From Rhizodiscina lignyota (taxonomy: Eukaryota), in contig ML978136.1 of assembly GCA_010015805.1 (NCBI GenBank), positions 620,001-684,000 on the forward strand: 64,000 bases of DNA, read 5' to 3'. Position numbers and translations under genes: made by a program. This document shows, piece by piece, positions 61,578 through 64,000 of this stretch. The notes beneath the pieces were generated by a model, which worked only from the letters and a program-made list of their open reading frames with translations, was not told where the DNA came from and searched no databases. Numbering within the stretch: the first letter of the stretch is position 1; every line of letters begins with the position of its first letter.

Positions 61578-63708
61578 TCAGAGTCCCGCAACACCCAACC
61601 TCACAGCGTAGTAGGGCTGAGTCTCTCTTTTCAGCCAGTCCAACGCGACTTTGTCGCTCTCGCCATCCTTCCCTTCGAAGTAACCCTTCGTCTTCTCCAA
61701 CACCTCTTGATGGTAGTCGTTTAAGTACTTGATCTCAACATCTGTCAGCATCTTCGCGTCGATGAGCTTGCGGCACATCGGCACCATGGTGACATGATCA
61801 AAGCCCAAGAAAGGCTTGTCGCCGAAAGTGTGAGCTGTCTTCACCTCGCGCACCACAACGATGTTTTCAATGCGGATACCGAAGTTGCCGTCTTCGTAAT
61901 AGCCCGGCTCGTTGGAGATGACATTGCCCGGAGCGAGTGAGACCTCGGAGTATTGGAGGCGCGTGCCGATACCGATAGGGCCTTCGTGTACGTTCTAAGA
62001 TTACAATTAGTAATCCTCAGCTGCATGGATGGAGGGACATACCAAGAACGAGCCGACGCCGTGCCCGGTTCCGTGACGATAATCCAAGCCTTCCGCCCAG
62101 AGGAATTGTCGCGCGGACATGTCGAGCGCAAAGCCACTTACGCCCTTTGGCCATTTCATGAGCTCAAGCGCGATATTGCCCTTAAGTACCAGCGTGTATG
62201 CCTTGATCTCCATCTCTGAGGGCTCGCCGAAATGCAATGTTCGCGTGGTGTCTGTCGTTCCATCTTGATACTGGCAACCCGAATCGCAGAGGTAGATCGC
62301 CTTCGGATCAATTATGCTGCAATTGCCCTTCTCAGGCTTATAGTGGATCACAGCGGCGTTTGCTCCGGTGCTGGAGATTGTGTCGAACGAGAGACCTGCA
62401 AAGTATTGGTGCTTGGAGCGGATTTGCTCTAATTTGTCGGCCGCGTCGACTTCGTCGAGAGTGGCTTTCTTGTTGATGAGTTGGTCCTCTAGCCACGCAA
62501 AATACTCGATTAGAGCAGCGCCATCGCGGATGTGGCATTGACGCATGCCGTCTAGCTCGGTATCGTTCTTGACGGCCTTGGCGTCGCCCACTGGTGATCT
62601 GATCTCCTCCACCTTGTCCTCTCCGCCAAGGCTTTGCGAGAGCGCCCATGACGCTCTGTTCGAGGTGAGGAACTTCTTTGGCTTTGCAGCTGGAGTAGTG
62701 CCGTTGGATTCTTCTGCTACTGAGGCGGAGAAAGATTCGATTTCCTCAAAGATGGCATCGTATGGTCTAATTGCCACCGAGTCACCAAGGTGAAGCTTAA
62801 CCTCCGGGCTCAGCTTCTTCTCCTCGACATAGAGAGTCGCCGTTTTTGGCGTGATCACCGCGTATGAGAAGAAGACGGGATTATAGGGAATGTCGCTGCC
62901 GCGAAGGTTGAAGAGCCACGCGATCTCATCCAACATGGAGACAATGATGGCAGGGCTCTTCTTCTTGTCCAGTTCTTTCCTGAGATCCTCGATTTTGTCC
63001 TGAAATTTCTTCCCGGAAAACTCTAGTCCCAAAACCTTGACCTTCTCGTTCGGCCTCGTGGGTCTGTCGCCCCAGATCTGATCCACGAGATTCTGCCTCA
63101 CAGCCTTCAGCTCCTTGCCCCCCTTCTTCTTGATCTTATCCGCCAGTTTCCTGGCATCTGGGGCAGTTATTAGACTCGGATCGACCCCCACGACCTTGCC
63201 TCCTTCAGATTGATCTGCCGTCCATTCCTGCCATGTCGGAACATCTTGCATGCCCTGCTTCAAGAGCTCCCAATTGTCATCCAGCTGCTGTGCGGCCTGG
63301 TTGAAGTACCGTCCATCAGTCGCTAGCGATGCCTTATCGTGCGTGATGACAGCTGTGCCTGCTGAACCGGTGAAGCCGCAGATGTATTCGCGTCGAGCGT
63401 CGCATTGTGCGATATACTCGGACTGGTGGCTATCTTCGGAGGGGACAACTGAATTCTTATTAGCTCCAGAGGGCAGTTCATAGAGGGAACCGGTTATTAC
63501 TGTAGACATCGACGTTGTTCTGCCTCATCAACTGGCGCAATTGGCTCAAGCGGTCTGTGGTATTGATGGGCGCCATGTCGGCGAGAAAAGAGCTCCGAAA
63601 TGAAGCAGAGAAAGAGAAAGGGCGGTGAAATTGGAAGATTCCAGCCCCTACATGTGAGCGGCAGCTAGTAAAGCTTGAAGGCCGCACAAAAAGGAGCGAG
63701 ATGCGCAT
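61578..63708 (-). CDS. Xaa-Pro aminopeptidase P (M24B; Fra1/AMPP-like), multi-exon
   Basis: [78 protein letters not shown] and [18 protein letters not shown]. Confidence 0.95.
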
Positions 63709-64000
63709 GTAATGGGACAAATGCTGCTTGGAGGGGTCGTCGTGTGATGCTGTAAGGATCAGCGGCAACAGCTGTGATGCCCAAGGCCGTGGAGCTAGGC
63801 CGCATTGGACGAAAATGCAGCTTCTACAGAGCTTCACGACATGCTTCCTCCATTGAAAGTATTATATTCATCAAATATCATACGGTTCATGCTGCTGCCT
63901 ACAGTTGGAAGATAGTTATGATGTCTTATCTTGAGCGTGTGACGGATTTGCAAGGTTCCAGCTTCATCTCCGCCGTGTGAATGTCGTCCAACACTCGAAC

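Overview
A gene-dense, intron-containing region from a filamentous ascomycete (Pezizomycotina). Evidence for this: short GT-AG introns with CTRAC-like branch points, and a fungal gene content. About 30 protein-coding genes are supported. The left part holds housekeeping and secreted-protein genes: the 3' end of a GH43 arabinanase, a membrane protein, an ABHD12-like hydrolase, LTV1, MTO1, RIM1, LSC1, a J-domain-less DnaJ-C protein, an expansin-like DPBB protein, a MINDY deubiquitinase, an amidase, striatin, HSP60, a GPI protein, a secreted FAD oxidase and a GH30. The right part holds DER1, CENP-A, an acid phosphatase, ORC2 and aminopeptidase P. The main finding is at 41.4-57.9 kb: seven highly diverged genes that the ORF track only catches in fragments. 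Hand splicing shows each encodes one N-terminal Myb/SANT-like three-helix domain followed by a basic, (S/T)P-rich, acidic disordered tail. Six lie consecutively (41.4-50.8 kb) and the seventh lies beyond DER1, CENP-A and the phosphatase, head-to-head with ORC2. It looks like an old clustered family of chromatin or transcription regulators. No rRNA, tRNA, CRISPR or intact transposon was seen. Exon boundaries were derived by eye and family assignments come from motif recognition, not database searches.
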